From Lytechinus pictus (Eukaryota), in contig NC_087252.1 of assembly GCF_037042905.1 (NCBI RefSeq), positions 17,734,001 to 17,798,000 of the forward strand: a stretch of 64,000 bases of DNA, in the 5' to 3' direction. Shown in pieces: positions 52,824 to 64,000 of this stretch (the stretch's first letter is position 1; every line of letters starts with the position of its first letter). Both the position numbers and the translations under genes were made by a program. Under the pieces are notes generated by a model. The model was given only the letters and a program-made list of their open reading frames with translations. It made no database searches and had not been told where the DNA came from.

Positions 52824-55800
52824 CAGTGCCGGCCGCGGGAAACGTCACAGTGCCCCCTAGGGCGAACGCGGTAGCCCGTAGCGGACATTTGAGGGGAGTG
52901 GACGAGGGAAGACGCCCGCGTCCGCTCCCCTAGGACATGAGTGCCCTAGGGGAGCGCCCGAGGATAGTGCCCGCGTCTATCCTAGGGTGTTTCCCTAGTA
53001 TGTTCGGCCGGGCATTCTTTGTCGAAAGAGGAGGTCTGATTTGACACATTCGTTCAAGACTGCATGTGATTTTTATCTCATATCAAGCATAAGTTTTCGA
53101 TAATTTATCGTGGATAAAATCTGTTATGAAAATTACAAAGTTTTGGGTTGATAACTGGGATTTAGGCTTTTCACCGAATTACTTATTGTGTTCGATTACA
53201 CACTGGCACCAGTGTAAAGGGTCCTTTCCTATACATGTATATGAATATTCTCCCGTGGTGTCCGTTATTTCATTCACTGACATGGTTAGTCGTGATCGTA
53301 AATGAGTTTCTGACAAAGGAGCAGGTATTTGTCGATGTTGACCCTACATTCCAGAGGTCGTCCTAGAACCATCTACTCTATTCTTTCCCTACATGGTCAT
53401 CCTTTTTTATATACACTGACATGCCTTTCAGGCGCGGATCTACGAGATGCAGATAAAAGGGAGAAGAAGAAAGCAAAAATGAAAGAAAAGGCGAAAATGA
53501 AGGAATGGATTGAAGACGAGAAGGAAAAAGAAAAAGTGAGAGAAGGGGAAAGTGCAGAAAGAGAAAATAGGGGGGGGGGGGGCGAAGAGGAGAAAGAGGG
53601 AGAGGGGGTAAAGAAAAGAAATAAGGAAAAGGTGAAATGGAGAAGAAAACAGAGGGGATAAAAAAGGGAAGGTGAGGCAGAAAGAAAAGAGGGAAAAGGA
53701 GAAAAGGAAAATAGATTGAAAATCGAAGGGAAGAAGAAGAGACAAAGGAAGAAAAGGAAGGACAGAATGAGAAAGAGAGAATGATAAGGAGGGGGAAATT
53801 AAATAAAATGAAGAAGGGAGACATAATAAAATGGAGTAAAAAAGCGAAAAGGGGAAGAGAAGGAAGGGCGCAGGAAAAGGTAAGAAGTACAAGGGACAAT
53901 AGCAGTGGGACTTATGAAAAGGGTAGAGGAAAAGAGAGAAAGTGGGAAGAAAAATTTGGGAATTTGTCCAGATTTTCATGTCAGAAAATACGTTAGTAAC
54001 TCGCATCTGCCCATTTTTACGCTGATGACAAGTATTGAACATTCTTGCGCTCAATCTTGTAATTATTTTCTCTCGCCATGCTCACAATTTCCTGCTCTCG
54101 TTGCATCAATTAAAAACTTGTCCCGAATTAACATCCGCTCCTTCAAGAAAGAAGAAAGAAAAATGAAAGAAAAAGGCAAATAGGAAGGGATGGAGGGAAA
54201 ATGAGAAGGAAATAGAAAAAGTGAGAGAAGCAGAAGGGAGCGAAGAAACGAAGGGGAAAGGGGAGAAAGAGAAAATAGAGGGGGCTTATTGTTTCATGGT
54301 AATATGTATACCATATAGTTCTGCAGTACTTAGTTATGAAACTTGTTTTACTCAGTAATGCTCACGCGTGATGATTAAAAGGATTTTCGACTATATAAAG
54401 GTGAACCGGGACGGGGCTTTCATTCTTTAACTTGGCTTGACTGACTCCTTTGTTCCCCCAAAAAAAGAATTGTTAGGTTTGATAGTTAGCGTTTGCGTGA
54501 GCACCCACCAAAACTCTTAACAAAAGAATAGAATGGTCTGTATAGCTGCTCCATTCTTGCTTTGTCGGAAAGTGATAATTAACTCGTTAAGTACCCATTC
54601 CACACACTACGTCATAGTAGCTTTCGAAAACATACTTTTACTAGGGTATGTGTTTAAACATTGAAGCTAAATGCGCTAGAATTTTTTTTAAATAGTTACA
54701 TTATGTAAATAGCTTTTGTTGCTTTGCTCTGAAGCGCATTGAGCATCCAATCAAGATGGAAAGTGCGCTTTACAAATGTCATGTATTATTATTTTTAGCT
54801 GCCATATAACACTGAATTCTGTATTATACCAAGTTGTGACTGGTTTTATCATTTCCAATTCATATAACAAAGTATATTTCTTCCTTCTTCTCATTTATCG
54901 TTTCCACCACTTTCATCTCTTCCCAATTCGAATATCTACCAATGTAACTTAAAAACCGCAATAGAGTGCAGGTAATGTAATCAGATGTTTTAGCAAAAAG
55001 ATAAATCTGTTCCATCCGTTACATTTAGGTAAATTTATACTTTTTATAGGGTGAGGGTTTTAGAGACCCGATTTGAACCGAAATGAACAGAACATCCTCA
55101 TTTATTGTTGTTAACGCATCAACAAATTAATCCCCCCCCCCCATTTCTATGAACATCCTGTCATAAATTGGGAAGCGGATGTGATCAAAGGAGATCAAAG
55201 GTGTGGGCGGGGAGCAAGACTCTACCAGACTGTTGACAATAACAAAAGAACCAAATAACAAATCGATGAGCACAACCAGTTTTGTTGGTGTTCGCTTTTT
55301 GCACGTCTACTTTGTAAGATCTTGGTTATACTAGTATTCGTTTTCACGTACCTTTCATTCCCTTTATTAGGGTTTTATCAACCATGTCAACGAATTGACG
55401 ATCCCAATATTGACCGCACGTTTGTTTTAACATAATGATAATTCGCAAATGCCCTTGATATTCATCATTCTGTTTTATTTTAAGTTTGTCATTAATGTTT
55501 GTTAACATTCACTCTGTTAATAACTTGTCAATTTTGATTTTTTTTTTAAATCAAGTCTGCTTATTAATGTCTTTTGTCTATTTTAACTATTTTTTGTTGT
55601 TGATATGCCTTTCTTTCTTCTTTCCTGATTCCACCCTGTGCACCCCGTTAAAACTCAAGGAAGAATGTTTCAAATGTTTTCTAGTTCTTACACTGTTCAT
55701 AATAAGGAGATGGGATTAGGTGTAAAGTTCACGCTGAAGGGAGAGGAATGGGTACGTATGGAGAGAGAGAAAAAAAACTTATCACAAAAGATAAAGAATT

Positions 55801-56828
55801 GATCTCCATGACATTAAATCACAATTGTGTCCTATTTTTTTAAACAAGTTTGTATGATACATGTATGCCTCCCACGTAAGGCGTAAGGAAAAAAAGTTTA
55901 CCTAATGCATCAAATTAGATTAATTGATTAGATTCATTGCGGTAAATGAAAAACAATAAATTCGATGTTCCAGCAAGGGTTACCAGATTTCACAAAATTA
56001 AATACGGGACAATCGACAAAGCACTATGTACCATCGGATCGACCGAGCCAGGCCAAAAAATCAACAAAAAGGCTACACAATGTTAGACTTGTTAACAAAA
56101 TATATTAAGAAAGGGGGAGGGAGGGTGAGCGGAAGAAACAAGAGAGAAAAAAAATGAGGAAACAAGAAATGAATTGAGAGGAAAGAAAAAAATAAGGAAA
56201 AATTAAAAGGAAAAAAGTTTGAATAAAAGGATGAAAGAAAGAATAAAAGACAGATAACAGTTTCCGTCATTACTTGAAATGAATAAAGAAAGAAAGAATT
56301 AAAATAAAGGAAGGGAAGATGAATAAATGTGTGAAAGAAAAAAACATAAGGAGAGAAAAGAGAAAAGTAAGAAAAATGGAGGAAAAGAGAAAGAAAGAAA
56401 GAAAGAAAAAGAATTCCTTCATTATTTGAAAGAAACAAAGACAGAAGAAAACATGAAGGAAGGAAAAAAGGAAAGAGGGAATAAGGGAAAAGAATTAAAA
56501 GGGAAAACAGAAATGAAAAAATGAAAGAAAACAAAACAAACAACATCTAAAAAAAAAAAATCTAGAATAGATTCTGATCACGCTAGTTTAAAAATATAAT
56601 GGTCTATCACAACATAACCAAAGTACATGCACATGTAAACATTAGCAATGTACGTACCCTAGGGTACCCGAGGATAAGTGCGGGCACGGCCAATATTATA
56701 TAGCACGCAGGAAACTGCGGGCGCGGCTAAACACCCTAGGGGGCTCCCCTTGAATACCCTCGGTTAGACGCAAAAGCCCCCTAGGGTGTTTGCGTGCTCG
56801 GGCGTGACGTTTCCTGCGGCCGGCACTG
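52824..56828. mobile_element. 4.0-kb Tc1/mariner-type non-autonomous element
   Basis: 24/25-bp TIR cagtgccggccgc(g/a)ggaaacgtcac with a TA TSD. The empty site is at ~28735 (inverted). Subterminal ccctaggg motifs. Confidence 0.92.
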
Positions 56829-56909
56829 TAGTATGTCGCATTATAAAGTATATATATGTAAATAGGGAGAAAAAAAAAAGAGAATTAAAAAAAAAAAAAA
56901 AAAAACATT

Positions 56910-57445
56910 TATATCTGGAGATTCTATTGAGAATTCCATATAGATACAATTTTCTTTCTACTTCTGTTTCTATATTTTTACTCGGTTTTTTAATAAACCG
57001 AAGATATGGAGTAAGGAGCGCTTATAAATGCTTTTGAAAGACACATTATTAAAACCACTATAAAACTAACACCCACATCCATTAAAGGAAACAATAGCAC
57101 GAGTACTAACTGTTCAATCTAACAAATGATGTTTAAACAAAATACTCATAAGATTTGAATATTCCACAACGCCTTTCCTCGGTGAATCTATATCTCACAC
57201 ACAGTGCAATTAATAGCAAAATCGAATGACTAGAGCTGTACAGGGGAGGGTGGAATCCCTCTCGCTTAGCCTGGCGGAAATCATCGTATATCGATGGATA
57301 GCGCCACCTTCACACTAAACTCAACCAACAACCAGAAGTCTCCATCACTTGACAAAGTTGAGCAGCAGCCAACGAAACGTCGCGTCGTGAACTCTTTTAC
57401 AATTTCAACCGCTTCGCCAGACAACTGATCAACCAACTCTAAAGA
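56910..57445 (+). mobile_element. Probable Penelope-like element 3' region (pseudo-LTR)
   Basis: Carries a minimal hammerhead of the Penelope type. Absent from the paralogous site at ~26955. No intact ORF. Confidence 0.55.
57345..57390 (+). ncRNA. Minimal type I hammerhead ribozyme (U3-A8 variant)
   Basis: TCAC-TTGACAA-A-GTTG-agcagcagc-CAAC-GAAA-CG-tcg-CG-TC-GTGA. All three helices pair, and a GUC triplet is at 57384-57386. Confidence 0.75.
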
Positions 57446-57999
57446 TTTATTTCTCCTGAATAACTCGCACCACTATTGAACTTTGTGGTTCAGTCAGGTT
57501 GGTCAATACGTTGTCGAATCTGTAAAAATTGAAATATGGTTTACTTCAACCAATAAAAGATAAAATGAATAATGAGTTAGTAAAATCATTAACTCTCTCA
57601 TTTCCATATCCCTGGGTTGTGCATATAATTTTATGGGACAAATAAGCAAAAATTTAAAGTGTCATTACCTTTTATTAAACAATCCTAATCCTATTCTACA
57701 CCTATCCACCGGGTCCTGTCAATTACTTCTATATTTTGAGCAGGTTTTCTATACTTGATAAAATTATGGTTAACGTAACAATTTTCCATAATTAAAAAAA
57801 AATCCATAATTATTTAACCCTAAAACATTCTTCTAAAATTAAATGTCACGATTATGAATAATATGATTAGTAAACTACATATATTTCTGAATTTTTTCTT
57901 GTGGAATTCATTACATAAACACATTAATTATACACGATGCAGAGGCGGATGTACCTTTTACCAAAGAGGGGGGGGGGGCTTTCCATGGGCAGTCATTCG

Positions 58000-59650
58000 T
58001 TTTATTTATTTATTTATCTTGCTCATTCAACAAAAGTTGATATTCCATGACGCCCTGGATAACAAACGATACAACTATATACAATTAAAACCAATCAATG
58101 GTGATAATGTATATCCAGTCATCAGTTCATATGATATTGTTAAAATACAGACGTATAAAGTTACAACAGCATTATATAAAGTAATACATAAAAAGAGATG
58201 ATAGTAAAAAACATCAGTCCTGAAAGGGGAATTGGTATTGCATCCCAGTTGATCGGCCTAGGCAAGATTGAGGAAATGTCTTTTAACAGAAAGTTTGACA
58301 TTATTTGGGGTTTTAACATTTTTAACACTTTGGGGGAGTCTATTCCATAGAGCGCTGCCATCATAACACAGAGCAGTTTCACAATAATCAGTACGGGCAT
58401 GATGAGCACTTTGTCGAGTATTTGCATTATGAACTTTAGAAATTTCTTTGAAAACATTTTTAAAACAATCTGCTGATTAGTCATGAAGACATTTGTAAAT
58501 AAATATACACCTGAGGTATTCTACTATTTTCTTAAAAGGCATCTATCTTAAACGTCTAAACATTTCATTAGAGGGGGTTTACATATACAGTTTAAAATAA
58601 GTCTTGATGCCTTCTTTTGCAATTTAGTCAACTTATCAATTTGAGCTAAATAACTATTCCCCCAAATTTCGCAACAGTAATCCATTTGTGTTTGAATGAG
58701 GCATACATATAATAATTTCATTGAAGCTTCATCAGCATATGGTTTGACTCTTCTGAGCATGGCAAGTCCTGCAAATACTTTTCTACATACATATTCAACA
58801 TGGTCAACATGATTGCACCATGACAAATTAGCATTAATAATAACACCAAGATATTTAAAACTATTACACTTTTCAATTTCAATACTTTCATACTTAATAC
58901 GCATATTTTAATACCTTTAGTCTTTTTAAATTCAAATGATCATATATTTTCTTTTATCAACATTTAAACATAGCTTTTTTGAACTTGATCCACTTAGCGA
59001 TTGCATCAAAATCATTCTGAAATTTTTCTTGTATCTCATAAATAGACGTAGTACTTACATATAGGGTAGTATCATCAGCGTACATTACTAACTTTCCATG
59101 ATTCAAAACGTTTAACATATCATCAATATAAATAAAAAAAAGTAAGGGACCTAATATAGATCCTTGTGGAACTCCACGGGAAATACATCGATCATTTGAT
59201 TTACCATTTTTTATCGCAACAAATTGTTTTATGTTATTTAGATGCCAATCAAACCATGCTAAATTAAGACAATTCACTTAAATCAATAATCTTTAATTTA
59301 TTTAACAACATAGACGCATTTACAGTATCAAAAGCAGGTCTTAAATCAATGAAGAGTGCTCCTGTAATTTGACCTTTGTCTATAGCATTTAACCAATCAT
59401 CAGTTGAAAAACCGAGGGATGATGATGTAGAATGGCCAGCTCGAAATCGAATCCGTGCTATGCCAAGAGTATTATTCGAAACCAAATAATCATATAACTG
59501 CTGATGGACAATTTTTCAAAGATCTTGCTGTAGTCGGTAAAATAGAAATTGGTCGAAAATAAGGTGAAAATAATTTTTAAGTCATTATGCCCATGTGTGG
59601 CCTTACCTTATGAAAAGTTAACTGGGTTGAACACAGTTTGTTGTAACATA
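58000..59650 (-). mobile_element. CR1/L2-group LINE 3' half (copy 3)
   Basis: [24 protein letters not shown] and YCCEIWG motifs across frameshifted ORFs. Confidence 0.93.
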
Positions 59651-59934
59651 TTTTAGTATAATTATGTGCAATGCCTCAAAATTACTTTTTGTAACACAAA
59701 CTTGTGCCGAAAAAATGCAGTCAAAATAAGTTTGTCAGTTGACAGTAAACTGCTCATCAACATCGGCAGCATAGGGCATTAAAAAACATACACTTGTTCT
59801 TCAATACCTATAAAACTTAATCACTATTGCATAATTATGATTCCCTATTGTACTATGATTCCCGATCATTCCCAAACCAAGGGTTCAAATCCCTACCATC
59901 TTGATCTCATGTACCCACCTGAAACCTGACAAGA

Positions 59935-60328
59935 ATATATGGGCACAGATAAAACATATGGGTCCCATATGCGTATTACCATCTTGAGCCCATTTAGAAA
60001 TACCCATCTGTAACCCAACTAGGATAGATTGGCACAATTACAACCCACGTGGGTCCCATATTCATATTACCATCTTTACCCTATTTAGAATTACCGATCT
60101 GTAACCCAACTCGGATATTTTGGCACAGATAAAACCAACATGGGTACCGTATGCTTTGCACACCATGGGCCCCGTGTAGCAATATCCATGTGTTTTCGAA
60201 ATGGGATTTATTTGGGGAATATGGGCCCATATGGGACCCACATGGGACCCAGATAAAAAAAACGTAAGCGACCCAGATAGTTTGCTGTCTGGGTACTGGC
60301 ACATGGTGGCGCGCAGCCGCTCCAAAAT
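59935..60328. repeat. Homologue of 2390-2785 (91-bp-repeat MITE end plus flank)
   Basis: Colinear up to gcagccgctccaaaat. Confidence 0.85.
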
Positions 60329-62716
60329 CAGGGGGGGTGAAACTCCGCTTCTGCATCCGGTCAGAATTGAAGAAAATTTTGGAGGGTCAAAAGTGCACAC
60401 TGCTCCCATTTTTCGTATACAAGCCTATGGACACCGCCACTGTTTTGGTACACCAGCGAAATGAAGGCGTGGTCACGGAACGTACTTCGCGCATAGCGTA
60501 AAAATATGTAAATTAGTATTTTGTCACTAATTAGCATAATGCGCGACCTGATTAATATCGTTTATGGTGTCTGTCAGTGATTACATCATGTCAGATCATT
60601 CGTTTTTTTCCTCCTCAGAGTTTTATTATTCATCTATTTTAATGAACTATTTGTTATTGCTTGTTACGATTATTACTGCATCTTTGCTTTGTTTTAGCTG
60701 CAAATGGCCAGGATCTTTGCTAAAAAATATTACAGAGGAGGTTCCCAAAGAAAATGTTGCCATATACGATGACATCTCTTTGTTTCTGGAGCCCTTTTTT
60801 CTTTTTATTGCAGAAAACGAAATGAACCTCTTTTCATAATATAAACAAAGATAATAACAAATCAAATTCTTTTCCATAATTGTAGTCTCCAATATAAGTC
60901 CTATTATGAATAGCAGTCCTCGGAGCACTTAATGTTAAATGGTGACTTCTATGTCAAACATCAATAATCATGACCTAGGTATATACCATATTTTAGGGGG
61001 AGGGGGTTCTCAAAATTAAATAGGCAAGAGAACAAACCGATCGTAGGCTATTTCTTTTTTATTTTCAACTGAAAATGAATCTGGTGTAATTTTCATTTGG
61101 AAAGAAAAAATACATTTTATATGCAGGTTTCAAAAATTTGGAGAAATAATTATCCCCCCCCCCCCCGTTATCCGTCATGAACAGTAAGGTCTTATAATTG
61201 CTTCTTTCAAAACAAACTGAACTTTCACCCCCCCCCATCTCTCTCTCTTTCTGTCTGTCTCTCTCTCAGAAACTGACATAACTATATGCATACAAGCAAA
61301 TAATTCTCCTGTCATTTTACTTTCTTTCCCACTCTTATCCTTATTTTTCTTGAATAATATTTTAATTGACTGCTGTTTGATCTCATGTAACAGTGGCATC
61401 ATCACATTTCAGTACAGTGCAACATCTTGTGCCATTTGTGCATAACAGCTCAGAAGCAATACATCATCACAATTAATTGATAAATGGAAATTACCAAGAT
61501 CAAAAAATTCAATTCAAAATTAACATGTTTATTAAGGAATCCATTTTCTAAAACATTGACATTAACATAAAAATAATAATTAGCATCTACCAAGCATTAA
61601 ATTGTATTTAAAAAAATGAAGGCAATGCATAGCTAAAAAGGGCTGTTACTGTAAGGGTAGTATGGGTTGGGTATATAAATGTACAAAAATAGGATTAAGT
61701 ACATTTTTCTACATTGTACAATGTTTGTTAACATTTCATTCAAAGGATCTCGATGAGCCTATAGTTAATATTCCATAAAAGAGCATAAAAACCTTTGATA
61801 TTCGTTTATTTTCTTCCACAAAAGTTTGTCACTCAAAAAAATAGCTAAATTCCTTTCAAATTTGCTGACAAGAAATAGTCTACTGATGTGAGAGCACTCC
61901 TCATAAGGGGGGGGGGTGGGACACAATGCCAGAATCCTAAAGAGTGCCTTCCCCAATCAATACATTAGCAAATCATTAACAAAATTTGATTTGTCTACTG
62001 TCACTGTGGTTAGAATTCAATCTATTTTTGAAATATAGTCTATTTATATATTATTGCAGTGGTAGCCCATTTCACATTTTTTTTAAATGAAGATAACAAT
62101 AAATGCAACTTAATAACCATACATAATTTATGAAGACTTGCAGTGGCGTACCCTGGGTCACGGCATTGGGGGGGGGGGGGGGGCACCAGCAAAAATTTTG
62201 AGACCGTTTCATATCTCTTCTTGGCACTTATGTTGTGATACCAGTACTTAAACAGCTTAGGAAGTGGGAAACCTGCATGGTAAAAAAGAGAAAAGAACAT
62301 AATAAGCTGTAAATTATTTTTACTCATCTAGTCCAGTTTAGTAAAAAAAAGATGTAAACTCTATTTTATATCTTCAGTGATAAAACAAGTTTAGCACATG
62401 CAGTCACTTTCGTCCCACTTCCAGATAAATTCATATATCAATATAACTATCTACAGTATGTTTTGAAAATAAAGAGTGCAAATTAATTCAAATATTTATC
62501 AGAATTTTGTGATAACTGTTAATATCTTGGGCTTTTTATGCAAATGCATGTATAGACAGGAGATATGGATAATTAGTATGCAGTGTTAGAAATGGAAATA
62601 CTGGTGAATCTGAATTCAAACAAATATCAACTCACAATGGAACTTTAACATTACATGATATCGCATCATGTTTCAGCACGATTGGCCAAAGCCCACCCCC
62701 TCCCAAAAAAGGGGAA

Positions 62717-62749
<33 letters not shown>

Positions 62750-64000
62750 GGGGGGGGGTGATGAGCTTAGATACAGCCTGTATATTATCAAAACAATAAG
62801 CAAAAACTAAGCATACCTTGCAATTTTTCCATTCAGATATCCTGTTCCTCATTAGATTGTAACTAACACTTGCTGATTGGCATGGTTCTCAATTTTGTAC
62901 TTCTGACTAGGTGTGAACTGCTAAGAACTTGGTCCCATTGGATCTGCAATTGACAATTTAAATTTGAGAGTTTTAGAGATAATACAATTATTCTTCTTAA
63001 ACAATATTTTTGAAATTTCCAGCTGCCCATATCCCGGGTCTATGAGTGAATATTCCAAACTAGAACAAAAAAGTTATCTGGACCCGAAACTTCATTCTCT
63101 ATCACATAGAGGCATAGGCCTACCTCACTCTGTTTATAAAAGTAAAATGATTCCAACCACATATTTCTACAGCTGTATATAGCTGAATCTGGTCTATGCT
63201 GGGCCTGTATAACTTAAGAATCACATCACATTTGAATGAAGTAAACACTAAGAACGTTTTCAAATTACCACCCCAGGCCGGGCCCAGGGTATCCTGTTCA
63301 AATAGACTGGATTTAGGTCTAGGGTAGGCTACGCCATTTCATTCAAATCTAAGACTAAGACAAGTAACACTTAACATAACAGACATTAATGCTAAGTCAA
63401 TCGTTTTTCAACACTGATTATTCTGAGCGTTCCTGAATAAAAGAAACTGCTGAGAATTATACTTATTCATATGAAGATGAAATAGAGGGGACGGACTAGG
63501 CCTAAACTTCAACTTTCAAGCTTGAAGTTTGGGCCTAGTCCGTCCCCGCTATTTTCATACCCCATGACTACATCGACAATCTCGCTAGCCGGCTAGCACC
63601 GGCGATATCAAAGGCCGGATAACGCTCTGACCATATCCCTACATTGACCTAAATTTGAATAGGCCTAAAATCGACAGTTTGTCGTTACTAAAAAACAGGA
63701 GGTCGGAAACAAGTCCACATCTACCCCTGATAATTGTCTAATCACAATAAAACTGAAATAAAGGTTTACTTTGGACCTACATGAAGCATTCCGATGGATG
63801 TCTAGATCTACGACAAACTATAGACCCCTAGACCTTGTCCTAGATATAGAAATATTGAAATTGAGGTTTACATATTGCGTAATACAGGATGAGCCCCGAA
63901 CCCCGGCAAACACATTACAATTTGCATGTGAGATCAAAACATGAAAATGAGTGTAACTTACTTTTATTCCTATGGAATGTCATTAGAATAGTATTGATGT
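60329..64000. mobile_element. Probable large insertion starting caggggggtgaaactcc; the right end is not seen
   Basis: Homology to unit 1 stops abruptly at a hAT-like CAGGG start. The extent is unknown. Confidence 0.4.

Noticed and set aside
53329..56546. Lys/Glu-rich and Phe/Leu/Ser-rich ORFs
   Set aside because: Translations of purine-rich low-complexity tracts.

Overview
AT-rich eukaryotic genomic DNA, probably from a sea urchin (inferred from the repeat families, not proven). The only convincing host genes are two intronless paralogous TRIM genes (RING, B-box1, B-box2, coiled coil, beta-propeller) at 3785-5650 and 37242-39113. They sit in a tandem segmental duplication. A third unit begins near 51.7 kb and is interrupted at ~60.33 kb, about 1 kb before its expected TRIM. 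The rest is densely nested mobile DNA: CR1/L2-type LINE remnants, an I/Nimb-like LINE 3' end, a tRNA-derived SINE, hAT-, Kolobok- and Tc1/mariner-type non-autonomous elements (several confirmed by empty paralogous sites), a 3.4-kb foldback element and a recent ~1.9-kb triplication. Four observations stand out: (1) a complete minimal hammerhead ribozyme fold with a U3-A8 core covariation at 57345-57390; (2) patchy hypervariability in the TRIM propeller; (3) an exact head-to-tail dimer of a TSD-less hairpin element; (4) a microhomology-flanked inverted insertion that matches sequence in the paralogous unit. All alignments were done by eye and no searches were run.
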